A stretch of DNA of 20,000 bases, from IMG/VR virus record IMGVR_UViG_3300025277_000015; one strand, written 5' to 3'. This stretch comes from an uncultured virus (IMG/VR IMGVR_UViG_3300025277_000015). Its lineage: Duplodnaviria > Heunggongvirae > Uroviricota > Caudoviricetes. Each line of letters starts with the position of its first letter. Positions within the stretch are counted from its first letter, which is position 1. The translations under genes and the position numbers were made by a program. The notes under the pieces were generated by a model. That model was not told where the DNA came from. It saw only the letters and a program-made list of their open reading frames with translations, and searched no databases. Shown here piece by piece: positions 1 to 8,530 of the stretch.

Positions 1-102
1 GCAGTACTAGACTTTGGTTCAGAGAAAACGTCAAGTGATAGCACATTTACAATAACATTCCCCACATCAGCGGCTTCAAGCGCAATTATACGTGTTGGAT
101 AG
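1..102 (+). CDS. 3' end of a phage virion structural protein (partial)
   Basis: Frame 1 reads AVLDFGSEKTSSDSTFTITFPTSAASSAIIRVG, ending in TAG at 100-102. The 'VLDFG.DK....FTI.FP.....AIIR' ending resembles small structural proteins I recall preceding tail fibres in aquatic phages. Not in the ORF track because it is truncated. Confidence 0.75.
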   Translation, partial: AVLDFGSEKTSSDSTFTITFPTSAASSAIIRVG

Positions 103-115
103 AAAGGTTTAGACG

Positions 116-3100
116 ATGGCAAGTACTTATGAGAATGACCTCAGACTTCAAGAGATTGGCACAGGCGAGCAGTCTGGTACATGGGGTACGACCACAAACA
201 CAAACTTAGAATTAATTGGTGAAGCACTTTCCTACAGCGCCACAGGCGAAGCAATAGCTAACGCAAGCACACATACTATAACAGTAGCAGATGGGGTAGC
301 CGACGAAGCACGTTGTTTCTACTTAAAATGCACAGGTGGCGGGCAAGCATGTACAGTTACACTTGCGCCTAACTCGCTGTCTAAAGTCTGGGTTATTGAG
401 AACACAACTAGCTATACATTGACGTTCTCACAAGGGTCTGGCGCTAACGTCGCTATACTTGCAGGTCAAGTTAAGATGATAGCTACCGATGGCGCAGGTT
501 CTGGCGCAGCAATTTATGACCTTATGCAAGACCTGGCTGTACCTGATTTGTTTGTAGATGATGACTTAACTCTGCAGTCTGACGCTGCGGTACTTGGCTT
601 TGGTGCAGATAAAGATACTACACTGACACATGTTGCTGACACTGGGTTACTATTAAACAGTACACGACAACTACAGTTTGGAGACTCAGGAACGTATATT
701 CATCAAAGTGCTGATGGAGTCCTTGATTTAGTATCCGATACAGAAATAGAGATTAACGCTACAACCATAGATATAAATGGTGCAGTAGATGTTTCTGGTA
801 CATATACTGGTGGTGGTTTAATGACCACAGGTGGCAACATAGTTATCCCTGACGCGGGTAATATTGGATCTGCTAGTGACACAAATGCAATCGCTATAGG
901 CGCTGATGGTGATGTTACGCTAACTCAAGATTTAGAGCTACAACATGATGCCGCAACATTATCTTTCGGGGCAGACAACGATGTTATTCTTACGCACGTA
1001 GCTGATACAGGGTTGCTGTTAAATTCAACAATGCAACTTCAGTTTAATGATGCATCACAATATATTAATGCTCCTAGTGCCACAGTACTAGATATTAATG
1101 CTACAGATGAGATTGAGCTTAACGCCACTCTTATTGATGTAAACGGTAACTTAGACGTTTCTGGTACATCACAACTTACAGGAGTAGTTACCTTTACAGC
1201 CACTCCAGTGTTTAGTTCAGACATTACTATTGAAGATGATTTATTCCTAGATAGTGACGCAGCAGTAATTCACTTAGGTGAAGATGGAGACGTAACTCTT
1301 ACGCACGTAGCTGATACAGGCATATTGTTAAATTCAACAATGCAACTTCAGTTTAACGATGCGTCACAATATATTAATGCTCCTAGCGCGACTGTCCTAG
1401 ATATTAACGCTACAGATGAGGTAGAACTTAACGCTACATTAGTAGATATTAATGCTAACTTAGAAGTTTCAGGCACTGCCGCAATAACAGGAATTGCTAC
1501 CTTTACTGACGATATAATCATTGGTGATGGTAAGACTATTGGCTCTGCCTCAGATGTGGACGCCATGACTATAGCTTCTAACGGGCAAGTAACCTTTACG
1601 CAGACACTCATTGGTACGGCACTAGACATTTCTGGTGATATTGATGTGGATGGAACGACTAACCTAGACGTGGTGGATATTGATGGTGCTGTTGATATGG
1701 CAAGCACTCTTGCTGTAGGCGGTGTCGTTACAGCCAACGCAGGTGTAGTTGTAGATAATATTACAATCGATGGCACTGAAATAGACTTATCTTCTGGTGA
1801 TCTTACGATAGATGTTGCAGGAAATATTGACCTTGATGCAGATGGAGGACAAGTTAGTATATCAGATGGTGGTACGGAGATAGGTTATCTATATAATAGT
1901 TCTAGTGATTTTATTATCCAAAGTGCAGTTTCTGATAAAGATATTAAGATTCAAGGTAACGATGGTGGTTCAACCGTTACAGCCCTGACCCTTGATATGT
2001 CAGATGCAGGTACTGCTTTATTTAACAGTGATGTTCGTCTAAATGATGCCAAGGTACTTCGCCTTGGTAATGACCAAGATTTTAGAATTTCATTTGATGG
2101 TAGTCACGGTGTTATACAAAATACAACAACTGACTCAGATATACTTTTAAAAGGTAACGATGATGGTTCAACCATTACAGCTCTCACCCTTGATATGTCA
2201 GCGGCAGGTGCGGCTACGTTTAATGATAAAATTACAGCAGTTGGTACATCTGTATTTACTAACTTAGACATCTCAGGTGACATAGACGTAGACGGTACAA
2301 CAAACTTAGACGCTGTAGACGTAGATGGTGCAGTTAACTTTGCGGCAGACGTTACCTTTGCAGATGGTGCAGATATTATTACTGCTTCAGCAGGTACATC
2401 TAACTTCAGAGCAGGTGTTAATGCAGGTAACTCAATAGCATCTGGCGGTAACTACAACGTAGCTGTAGGTGATAGTTCTGGTACTGCGATTACAACTGGT
2501 GATGAGAATGTTTTTGTAGGATTTAAAGCTGGGTTTGGTACTACAACTTCAGGGCAAAATATAGCTATAGGGTCAGGTGCTTTAGAAACTAATATTTTAG
2601 GTAGTCATAATGTTGGTATAGGTAATGCAGCTCTTGCTACTATGAACCAAGGTACTGCTACAAATACATACAATACCGCAGTTGGTTCATCAGCAGGTGG
2701 AGCAATAACCACAGGCACAAATAATACCTTAATTGGTGGATTAGCTGGTGATGCAATTACAACAGGTGTTTCTAATAATGCAGTTGGATACGGTGCTTTA
2801 GGTGCAACCACTACTGCTAATCAGAACAATGCTTTTGGTAGAAACTCTTTAGGGGCTAATACAACTGGTGCTGATAATACTGCTTTCGGACAAAATACTT
2901 TAGGAACAAATGTACTAGGTAGTAAGTCTACCGCAGTGGGTTCTGACGCTTTATCCACTCAAAACTATGCAACAGCTACGGATGGGTATAATACAGCAGT
3001 AGGTTATCTAGCAGGATCAGCAGTAACCACAGGCATACAGAACACTCTTTTAGGCGCAAACTCAGGGGATGCCTTAACGGATGCTGATTTTAATGTTGCT

Positions 3101-5113
3101 GTCGGTACTTATGCTTTAACGTCTGATACTTTAGGATCTCGTTCTGTTGCAATGGGGTGGGGAGCTTTATTTAACCAAAACTTTACCACAGCTACCGATT
3201 CTTACAATACTGCCGTAGGGCATGGTGCAGGTTCAGAAGTAACCACAGGCGTCAACAATACCCTAATCGGTGGTCTTGCAGGAGATGCGATTACGACAGG
3301 GTCAACTAATACAGGGGTCGGAAAGAATGCTTTAAGTGCAACAACAACTGCTTCTGATAATACAGCAGTGGGTGCTGAAGCATTAAAAACTAACACAACA
3401 GCGGCAAACGGAACTGCGGTAGGATACAATGCTCTATCTAGTAACACGACAGGTGCAGGTAATACAGCCGTTGGTCGTAGAGCTTTAGCGGCAAACACGA
3501 CTGCTGATAACAATGTGGCTGTTGGAATAGATGCAGGACTATCAGTAACAACAGGCGCTCAGAATACGTTTATCGGTGCAGCGGCAGGAGATGCTGTTAC
3601 GACAGGGGGTCAGAATACTGCCCTTGGAAATGATGCTTTAGGTGTTTTGACTGTTGGTTCTGACAATGTAGCAATAGGTAAAAATGCACTAGAAGGTGAT
3701 ACTAAAGGTAGTAAAACTGTTGCTATAGGTAGATCAGCTTTAGGAACACAAAACTTTACAACTGCTACAGACGCTTACAATACAGCAGTAGGATATAACG
3801 CTGGACTATCAGTAAGCACAGGCGTTGAAAACACCGTCATTGGTGGCCTTACAGGTGATGCTCTTACTACAGGTTCATATAATGTTTTTGTAGGTAAAGG
3901 TGCAGGTTCTGCGGCAACAACGTCTGATGATAATACAGCAGTTGGTAAGGATGCATTACTTACTTGTACTACAGGTAACTCTAATACTGTTCTTGGAAAA
4001 AGAGCAGGAAAATTATTAACAACAGGCTCTCAAAACACTTTTATAGGTAAAGAAGCAGGTAATGCAAATACTACCGCTGGAACTAATGTTGCGGTGGGGT
4101 ATCAAGCAATGACTGACAACACAACTGGTGCTAACAACACAGCAGTTGGCTACCTTGCATTAGGCAATAACACGACTGCTGCTGGTAACTCTGCTGTTGG
4201 ATACAAGGCACTAGAAGATTGTACAACTGGACACAGCAATGCTGGAAGTGGAGCGTATGCTTTATCTAGCGTTACAACTGGTGATAAAAATACAGGAGTT
4301 GGTTATTCTGTTGGTGCTAAAATGACAACGTCAGATGAAAATACTTGTATAGGCAATGTAGCTGGTTTTGAGCTTACTACTGGAGCAGATAATACTTTTG
4401 TTGGCTCTGAAGCTGGTGATGGTACTGATGATGGTGCTGAAAACGTGGCTGTAGGTAAGTCTGCCCTATCCGCTAATTGTGGTAATGGAAATGCCGCTGT
4501 TGGTCACGCTGCTTTATTAGCTTGTACAGGAGCATTTAATACTGCAATGGGAGTTAGTGCAGGTAGTGCTGTAACAAGTGGCGGCAACAATTTAATTTTA
4601 GGAAAAGACGCTGGATTAACAGGAAGTCCTGGTGGTAACATAACCACAGGTAGCAATGAAATTGTGCTTGGTGATGAAAATATTAGTGAAGCTCATATAC
4701 AAGTAGATTGGACAGTAGCTTCTGACCAACGTGATAAGACAGACTTTACAGCACTAGACTTAGGTTTAGATTTTGTTAAAGGACTAGCACCTGTAACATA
4801 CAAGTGGGATAAACGCTCTAAGTATGGCGATAAGACTGCTGATGGTTATGACCTTAACGCACAGTCTCCAGACGGAACACATAAAGAAGACTGGTTAGAC
4901 ATAGGCTTTAAGGCACAAGAAGTTCAAGCACTTGAAGAGGCCGCAGGATATACAACAGCCGCTAAGAAAAACCTTACTGTATCTACATCAGAAGATGGCA
5001 AGCAGATGGGTATACAATACAGCAAGTTTGTACCCATTTTAGTAAAAGCGATTCAAGAACAGAACGCATTAATTGAAGCACTCACTGCAAGAGTGGCAAC
5101 TTTAGAAGGATAA
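116..5113 (+). CDS. Long tail fibre/tailspike with C-terminal intramolecular chaperone (peptidase S74-like)
   Basis: 1665 aa with AAAGG upstream. N-terminal anchor-like motif (GEQSGTWGTTTNTNL), repeated beta-rich shaft modules, and many G/N/A/T-rich 'NTAVG..AG..ITTG' repeats. The C-terminus has SDQRDK...GLDFV..L.PVTYKW...GFKAQEV...Y.KFVPILVKAIQE followed by a coiled coil. Confidence 0.92.
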   Translation: MASTYENDLRLQEIGTGEQSGTWGTTTNTNLELIGEALSYSATGEAIANASTHTITVADGVADEARCFYLKCTGGGQACTVTLAPNSLSKVWVIENTTSYTLTFSQGSGANVAILAGQVKMIATDGAGSGAAIYDLMQDLAVPDLFVDDDLTLQSDAAVLGFGADKDTTLTHVADTGLLLNSTRQLQFGDSGTYIHQSADGVLDLVSDTEIEINATTIDINGAVDVSGTYTGGGLMTTGGNIVIPDAGNIGSASDTNAIAIGADGDVTLTQDLELQHDAATLSFGADNDVILTHVADTGLLLNSTMQLQFNDASQYINAPSATVLDINATDEIELNATLIDVNGNLDVSGTSQLTGVVTFTATPVFSSDITIEDDLFLDSDAAVIHLGEDGDVTLTHVADTGILLNSTMQLQFNDASQYINAPSATVLDINATDEVELNATLVDINANLEVSGTAAITGIATFTDDIIIGDGKTIGSASDVDAMTIASNGQVTFTQTLIGTALDISGDIDVDGTTNLDVVDIDGAVDMASTLAVGGVVTANAGVVVDNITIDGTEIDLSSGDLTIDVAGNIDLDADGGQVSISDGGTEIGYLYNSSSDFIIQSAVSDKDIKIQGNDGGSTVTALTLDMSDAGTALFNSDVRLNDAKVLRLGNDQDFRISFDGSHGVIQNTTTDSDILLKGNDDGSTITALTLDMSAAGAATFNDKITAVGTSVFTNLDISGDIDVDGTTNLDAVDVDGAVNFAADVTFADGADIITASAGTSNFRAGVNAGNSIASGGNYNVAVGDSSGTAITTGDENVFVGFKAGFGTTTSGQNIAIGSGALETNILGSHNVGIGNAALATMNQGTATNTYNTAVGSSAGGAITTGTNNTLIGGLAGDAITTGVSNNAVGYGALGATTTANQNNAFGRNSLGANTTGADNTAFGQNTLGTNVLGSKSTAVGSDALSTQNYATATDGYNTAVGYLAGSAVTTGIQNTLLGANSGDALTDADFNVAVGTYALTSDTLGSRSVAMGWGALFNQNFTTATDSYNTAVGHGAGSEVTTGVNNTLIGGLAGDAITTGSTNTGVGKNALSATTTASDNTAVGAEALKTNTTAANGTAVGYNALSSNTTGAGNTAVGRRALAANTTADNNVAVGIDAGLSVTTGAQNTFIGAAAGDAVTTGGQNTALGNDALGVLTVGSDNVAIGKNALEGDTKGSKTVAIGRSALGTQNFTTATDAYNTAVGYNAGLSVSTGVENTVIGGLTGDALTTGSYNVFVGKGAGSAATTSDDNTAVGKDALLTCTTGNSNTVLGKRAGKLLTTGSQNTFIGKEAGNANTTAGTNVAVGYQAMTDNTTGANNTAVGYLALGNNTTAAGNSAVGYKALEDCTTGHSNAGSGAYALSSVTTGDKNTGVGYSVGAKMTTSDENTCIGNVAGFELTTGADNTFVGSEAGDGTDDGAENVAVGKSALSANCGNGNAAVGHAALLACTGAFNTAMGVSAGSAVTSGGNNLILGKDAGLTGSPGGNITTGSNEIVLGDENISEAHIQVDWTVASDQRDKTDFTALDLGLDFVKGLAPVTYKWDKRSKYGDKTADGYDLNAQSPDGTHKEDWLDIGFKAQEVQALEEAAGYTTAAKKNLTVSTSEDGKQMGIQYSKFVPILVKAIQEQNALIEALTARVATLEG
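988..1440 (+). repeat. Internal duplication in the tail fibre (about 140 bp core, 309 bp spacing)
   Basis: 988-~1130 and 1297-~1440 are near-identical (LTHVADTG.LLNSTMQLQFNDASQYINAPSATVLDINATDE), differing mostly at synonymous sites. A more diverged third copy starts near 620. Confidence 0.9.
2399..4620 (+). repeat. Degenerate ~14-aa G/N/A/T repeats (beta-helix or beta-roll like) in the tail fibre
   Basis: Dozens of N-[TV]-A-[VI]-G-x-x-A units. A higher-order motif 'N..TAT..YNTAVG' occurs four times. Confidence 0.85.
4721..5110 (+). other. Peptidase S74-like autocleaving chaperone domain
   Basis: S-D-x-R-x-K motif (SDQRDK) begins at 4721, followed by the typical downstream motifs and a terminal coiled coil. 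Confidence 0.85.
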
Positions 5114-5118
5114 ATAAA

Positions 5119-5364
5119 ATGACAGACAGAACAACAGAAGAACTAGCACAAGACTACACAGCGATGGGTCACTCAATAGACCTTATTACTGCTGTGATAG
5201 CAGGTAACGCTATGGCTGGTGAACTAGCAGCAAATAGACAAGATACTGTAGACAGAAATGTAGCACACCTTGAGCTAATGAAAGCTAAGTCAGATTGGGG
5301 TAGCGAGTCTATGACAGCAACCACCAATGCAATTACAGCAGGTAAAGGTTACACTGCATCTTAA
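5119..5364 (+). CDS. Small hypothetical protein, probably tail-fibre associated
   Basis: 81-aa ORF starting 5 nt after the fibre stop with AAGGA upstream. Paralogous to 6016-6126. Confidence 0.8.
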   Translation: MTDRTTEELAQDYTAMGHSIDLITAVIAGNAMAGELAANRQDTVDRNVAHLELMKAKSDWGSESMTATTNAITAGKGYTAS

Positions 5365-5378
5365 TATAAGGGTTTACT

Positions 5379-6014
5379 ATGGAGCTAATGCCACGCCACT
5401 TTCCTAACATAGGGGTTGTTGAAGGACAACTTCCAGAGGATGTTGTGGCTAACCTATGGACTGTGATTAACGAGGCAAGAGAGAAGCCAGATGACATGAA
5501 GCCTGAACTTGCAGGTAACATCAGCTCCTCTATACGCCTTGATGGTAGCTCACCCTTACTAGAAGAGTTTGTCGGTGAGATAGTTCCTAAGTTTATGGAC
5601 AGTCACATTGGGTCTTATGGCCCACCTTGGAGAGCTGTAATGAAGGAAGGTGAAGGGTTTAACTTAGAAAGCCTTTGGGTAAACTTTCAGAAGAAGCATG
5701 AGTTTAACCCACCACACGATCACGGTGGAGTTTACAGTTTTGTAATATGGATGCAAATACCGACATCCTTTGCAGAACAACGCAAGCTACCTGTATGCGC
5801 TGAGTCAAATGCAGATAATCACATATCTAACTTTGCGTTTAGTTACACAAATACGTTAGGCAAAGTATCTACATTTGCGTATAATATGGAGAAAGAAGCA
5901 GAAGGGTACATGGTTATGTTTCCTGCACAAATGCTCCACCAAGTTTTTCCGTTTTATGAGAATGACGGAGAGAGAATATCAATATCAGGTAATATTAACA
6001 TAGAGGAAAAATAA
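5379..6014 (+). CDS. 2OG-Fe(II) oxygenase superfamily protein (TIGR02466 / 2OG-FeII_Oxy_5-like)
   Basis: Motifs WVNFQKKHEFNPPHDH, YSFVIW, MFPAQMLHQVFP and RISISGN supply the HxH...H iron ligands and the RxS 2-oxoglutarate-binding motif. Confidence 0.88.
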   Translation: MELMPRHFPNIGVVEGQLPEDVVANLWTVINEAREKPDDMKPELAGNISSSIRLDGSSPLLEEFVGEIVPKFMDSHIGSYGPPWRAVMKEGEGFNLESLWVNFQKKHEFNPPHDHGGVYSFVIWMQIPTSFAEQRKLPVCAESNADNHISNFAFSYTNTLGKVSTFAYNMEKEAEGYMVMFPAQMLHQVFPFYENDGERISISGNINIEEK

Positions 6015-6015
6015 A

Positions 6016-6126
6016 ATGGCAAGAGAAACAGATCAGATTGCACAAGACTACTCAGCAATGCTGGGCAGTGAAAACATGACTCCAGTAACAAATGCGATTA
6101 ATGCTGCTACAACCTTTATAGGTTAA
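6016..6126 (+). pseudogene. Internally deleted paralog of 5119-5364 (36 aa, not in the ORF track)
   Basis: Reads MARETDQIAQDYSAMLGSENMTPVTNAINAATTFIG*. Its AQDYSAM and GSENMT..TNAI segments align with AQDYTAM and GSESMT..TNAI of the 81-aa ORF, with about 43 central residues missing. GAGGA lies upstream. Confidence 0.75.
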
Positions 6127-6152
6127 ACAAACCATAACAAAGGGAGAAAATT

Positions 6153-6398
6153 ATGGCTAAAAAAGAAGAAGTTAAGGAAAATGTAATTAATATTGACGGT
6201 AAAGGGTACAAAGAAACTGATTTAAGTCAGCAACAAAAGTATCTTATAGCGCAACTAAAAGACTTAGGGGCAAAAGCTGGTAAACTTAGAGCTGATTTAG
6301 ATCAAGTACAAAGAGCCGCAGATAGCTTCCAGAAAGATTTATTAGAGTCTTTTAAAGAAGTGTCTGATGAGACCTCTGAAGAAGCTGAAGCAAGTTAG
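6153..6398 (+). CDS. Small coiled-coil hypothetical protein (possibly DUF6447-like)
   Basis: GGGAG RBS. 'INIDGK.Y...DLS..QK' followed by an amphipathic helix. The family name is from recall only. Confidence 0.75.
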   Translation: MAKKEEVKENVINIDGKGYKETDLSQQQKYLIAQLKDLGAKAGKLRADLDQVQRAADSFQKDLLESFKEVSDETSEEAEAS

Positions 6399-6406
6399 GA
6401 TTAACA

Positions 6407-6598
6407 ATGGCAAGAACAGTAGTGCAAGCTCACAACCGCATAGACACAATCGAACCTAAGATTACTAAACTAGAGACTGAAAATCACATTCAGTTTAAAG
6501 AAGTGTTTTACAGGTTAAAACGTTTAGAGGTGTTTTTAGTGGGTGGGCTTGGCGCTACTATTGCTATGTTAGTGAGTATACTACTTAAAATGGGGTAG
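6407..6598 (+). CDS. Small coiled-coil protein with C-terminal TM helix (XhlA/holin-like)
   Basis: AGGA RBS. Coiled coil ending RLKRLE, then hydrophobic VFLVGGLGATIAMLVSILL. Confidence 0.72.
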   Translation: MARTVVQAHNRIDTIEPKITKLETENHIQFKEVFYRLKRLEVFLVGGLGATIAMLVSILLKMG

Positions 6599-6601
6599 GT
6601 A

Positions 6602-7207
6602 ATGAAAAAATCTTTGTTATATTTGTCTTGGAGTCTTTTAGCGTTATTGTTTTTAATTATACTAGTACCTATGGTTTATGCAGAGGGTTGTGACAGTACG
6701 ACAAATAGTAATTGTGTAGAAGCTAACAGCTATACAAACTCTAAATCAACCTCTACGATAGATAGCACGACTACTGTAAAGTCTCCACCACCATCCGCTA
6801 TTTCACCTAGTATTAATTCATCAAGCTCAGACACGTGTCATATACCTGCTGGTGGCTCTGTACAGACACAAATACTGGGAATTAGTGGTGGCACAACAAT
6901 TAGAGATTTAAACTGTGAACGACTAAAAAACGCTAAGGTTATGTACGATATGGGCTTAAAAATAAGTGCTGTAGCAATAATGTGCCAGGACAAAAGGATT
7001 CACCTTGCGATGGCAAATTCTGGCACTCCATGTCCAATCAACGGTCTTGTAGGAGATGCAGCTAAGGCTGAGTGGGAAAACAATCCACATCTAGTACCTG
7101 GGTATGTTGCAGGTAAGAAGGAGAAATGGGATGAAGACGATAAGGCGACAGCTCGTGGGGCTGCTGGCATTGGTGGTCTTTTCTTGGCCTTGTTATTCTT
7201 ACTCTGA
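6602..7207 (+). CDS. Predicted exported Cys-rich protein with C-terminal membrane anchor
   Basis: Signal peptide MKK...VYA|E, six Cys, S/T/P-rich linker, Cys-flanked hairpin (C..PAGGSVQTQILGISGGTTIRDLNC) and terminal hydrophobic GIGGLFLALLFLL. Confidence 0.8.
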   Translation: MKKSLLYLSWSLLALLFLIILVPMVYAEGCDSTTNSNCVEANSYTNSKSTSTIDSTTTVKSPPPSAISPSINSSSSDTCHIPAGGSVQTQILGISGGTTIRDLNCERLKNAKVMYDMGLKISAVAIMCQDKRIHLAMANSGTPCPINGLVGDAAKAEWENNPHLVPGYVAGKKEKWDEDDKATARGAAGIGGLFLALLFLL

Positions 7208-8018
7208 GAATATTTACGGCAACACAAAAAACGCAGCTTCTGATGCACACAAATGGGTAATGAATAACCTACTGCCAGCACAAACTGGTTTGACGGTAGA
7301 GGGTGTGTTCCACAAGTACACAATAACCAAACAACCAACAACAAATTCAACTGTCTCGATTACCAATAAAAAAGTGGGTGGTGATGAATATGTTTACGAG
7401 TATGTAGACGATTGGAACAATTTACCCAGCGGCACAAAGATTAAATATGACCAAATAGTGCCTACACTTGGTAATTTGTTTGGTGATGGTGAGATAAAAG
7501 TTACGGGAGATGGGTCTCTTTCCGATGTTTTAATACTATACCACTATAAATATGACCCATGCCACACACCACTTAGCGACTCAAGTTGTCCTAATTTTAA
7601 AGATGCATTGTATGATTATCTATCAACCAACGGTTTGCTCACGTCACCGAACGTAGACGACCCGTATTATAATCAGTGGGTACAGATACAATTAGATGAA
7701 CAAGCAGAGGTAGAAGAACAGGAAGTTGATGAGCCTGAAGAAGAGGAAGCAAGTGAGGAATTGACTGTAGAAGAGGTACTCTCCGTAGCAGGTGTTGTAG
7801 ATAAAATTGCAGATCCTGTGCAACAGTTAAAAATGATGCAACAGATAGCCGCTATTGGGAAACTTGAATTATACACAAATCGTGATATAGATGGTGGTGT
7901 CTATGAAGATGTTTTACAAATAGACGGCGGTGAATTTGAAGATAACGTCAAGGCTTACAGAAGTTTAGGTCAAGACAGCACCCACAGAAGTATGGTTCGT
8001 TCTCAGTATGACGACTAA
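7131..8018 (+). CDS. Predicted exported protein; start reassigned from 7104 to 7131 (295 aa)
   Basis: AAGGAG at 7118-7123 sits 7 nt before the in-frame ATG at 7131, giving a clean signal peptide MKTIRRQLVGLLALVVFSWPCYSYS. Then a beta-rich domain, a DPC..PL....CP motif, an acidic linker and a helical C-terminus. Confidence 0.8.
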   Translation: MKTIRRQLVGLLALVVFSWPCYSYSENIYGNTKNAASDAHKWVMNNLLPAQTGLTVEGVFHKYTITKQPTTNSTVSITNKKVGGDEYVYEYVDDWNNLPSGTKIKYDQIVPTLGNLFGDGEIKVTGDGSLSDVLILYHYKYDPCHTPLSDSSCPNFKDALYDYLSTNGLLTSPNVDDPYYNQWVQIQLDEQAEVEEQEVDEPEEEEASEELTVEEVLSVAGVVDKIADPVQQLKMMQQIAAIGKLELYTNRDIDGGVYEDVLQIDGGEFEDNVKAYRSLGQDSTHRSMVRSQYDD

Positions 8019-8032
8019 ACAATGGAGATAAC

Positions 8033-8530
8033 ATGATTAAAAAAATAACACCTTTAATATTTTTGCTTTCAACCAGTTACGCTTGGGCAGTCAACTCACC
8101 AATTACAGGCACGGTTCAAGCTAGTTGTAGCATTGTAACGACCACACCAGGACAATACGGTGTGCCAAATATATGGAAACTTTCAACTGCTTCTGCAGAT
8201 GGGGGTCAAGATGCTGTTATAAAAACGACGATTGGCACTGCTGATAAGTATAAAGTAAAGATTACCCACCCGAATAGTTTTAGCTCATCACCTTCTCTGT
8301 CTGATACATTAACTTGGACAGGAAGCAGTGTGTACACATCTGGAAGTGTTTCTGGAATGTCAGCATATAATGCCGCTAAAGTCGTTGTAGGTAATGAAAC
8401 AACCTTTGATATGACTTTGGCAGGGACGACATTCTTTACAGTAGCTTCAACCGCTTCATATGGATATAATCGTGCATTCCCTAGTGGGTCTTATACAGCA
8501 TTGATATTAGCTGAATGTATCGCCAAGTAG
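8033..8530 (+). CDS. Exported pilin-like protein (resembles Csu/spore-coat-U fimbrial subunits)
   Basis: GGAG RBS and signal peptide ...AWA|V. N-terminal 'ITGTVQASCSI', S/T/G-rich beta composition, C-terminal 'PSGSYTALILAEC'. The CDS is secure; the pilin call is motif-based. Confidence 0.6.
   Translation: MIKKITPLIFLLSTSYAWAVNSPITGTVQASCSIVTTTPGQYGVPNIWKLSTASADGGQDAVIKTTIGTADKYKVKITHPNSFSSSPSLSDTLTWTGSSVYTSGSVSGMSAYNAAKVVVGNETTFDMTLAGTTFFTVASTASYGYNRAFPSGSYTALILAECIAK

Noticed and set aside
988..1440. Repeat pairs (also 18202/18868) as diversity-generating retroelement TR/VR
   Set aside because: Differences are mostly synonymous and not adenine-specific, or absent altogether, and no reverse transcriptase is in the window.
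1039..3513. Minus-strand ORFs within the tail fibre (1039-1224, 1348-1776, 2605-2811, 3202-3513)
   Set aside because: Antisense shadows of the repetitive, codon-biased + strand gene; low-complexity translations with no independent gene signals.
7104..7130. ORF-track start at 7104
   Set aside because: The ATG at 7131 has a well-spaced AAGGAG and gives a canonical signal peptide.
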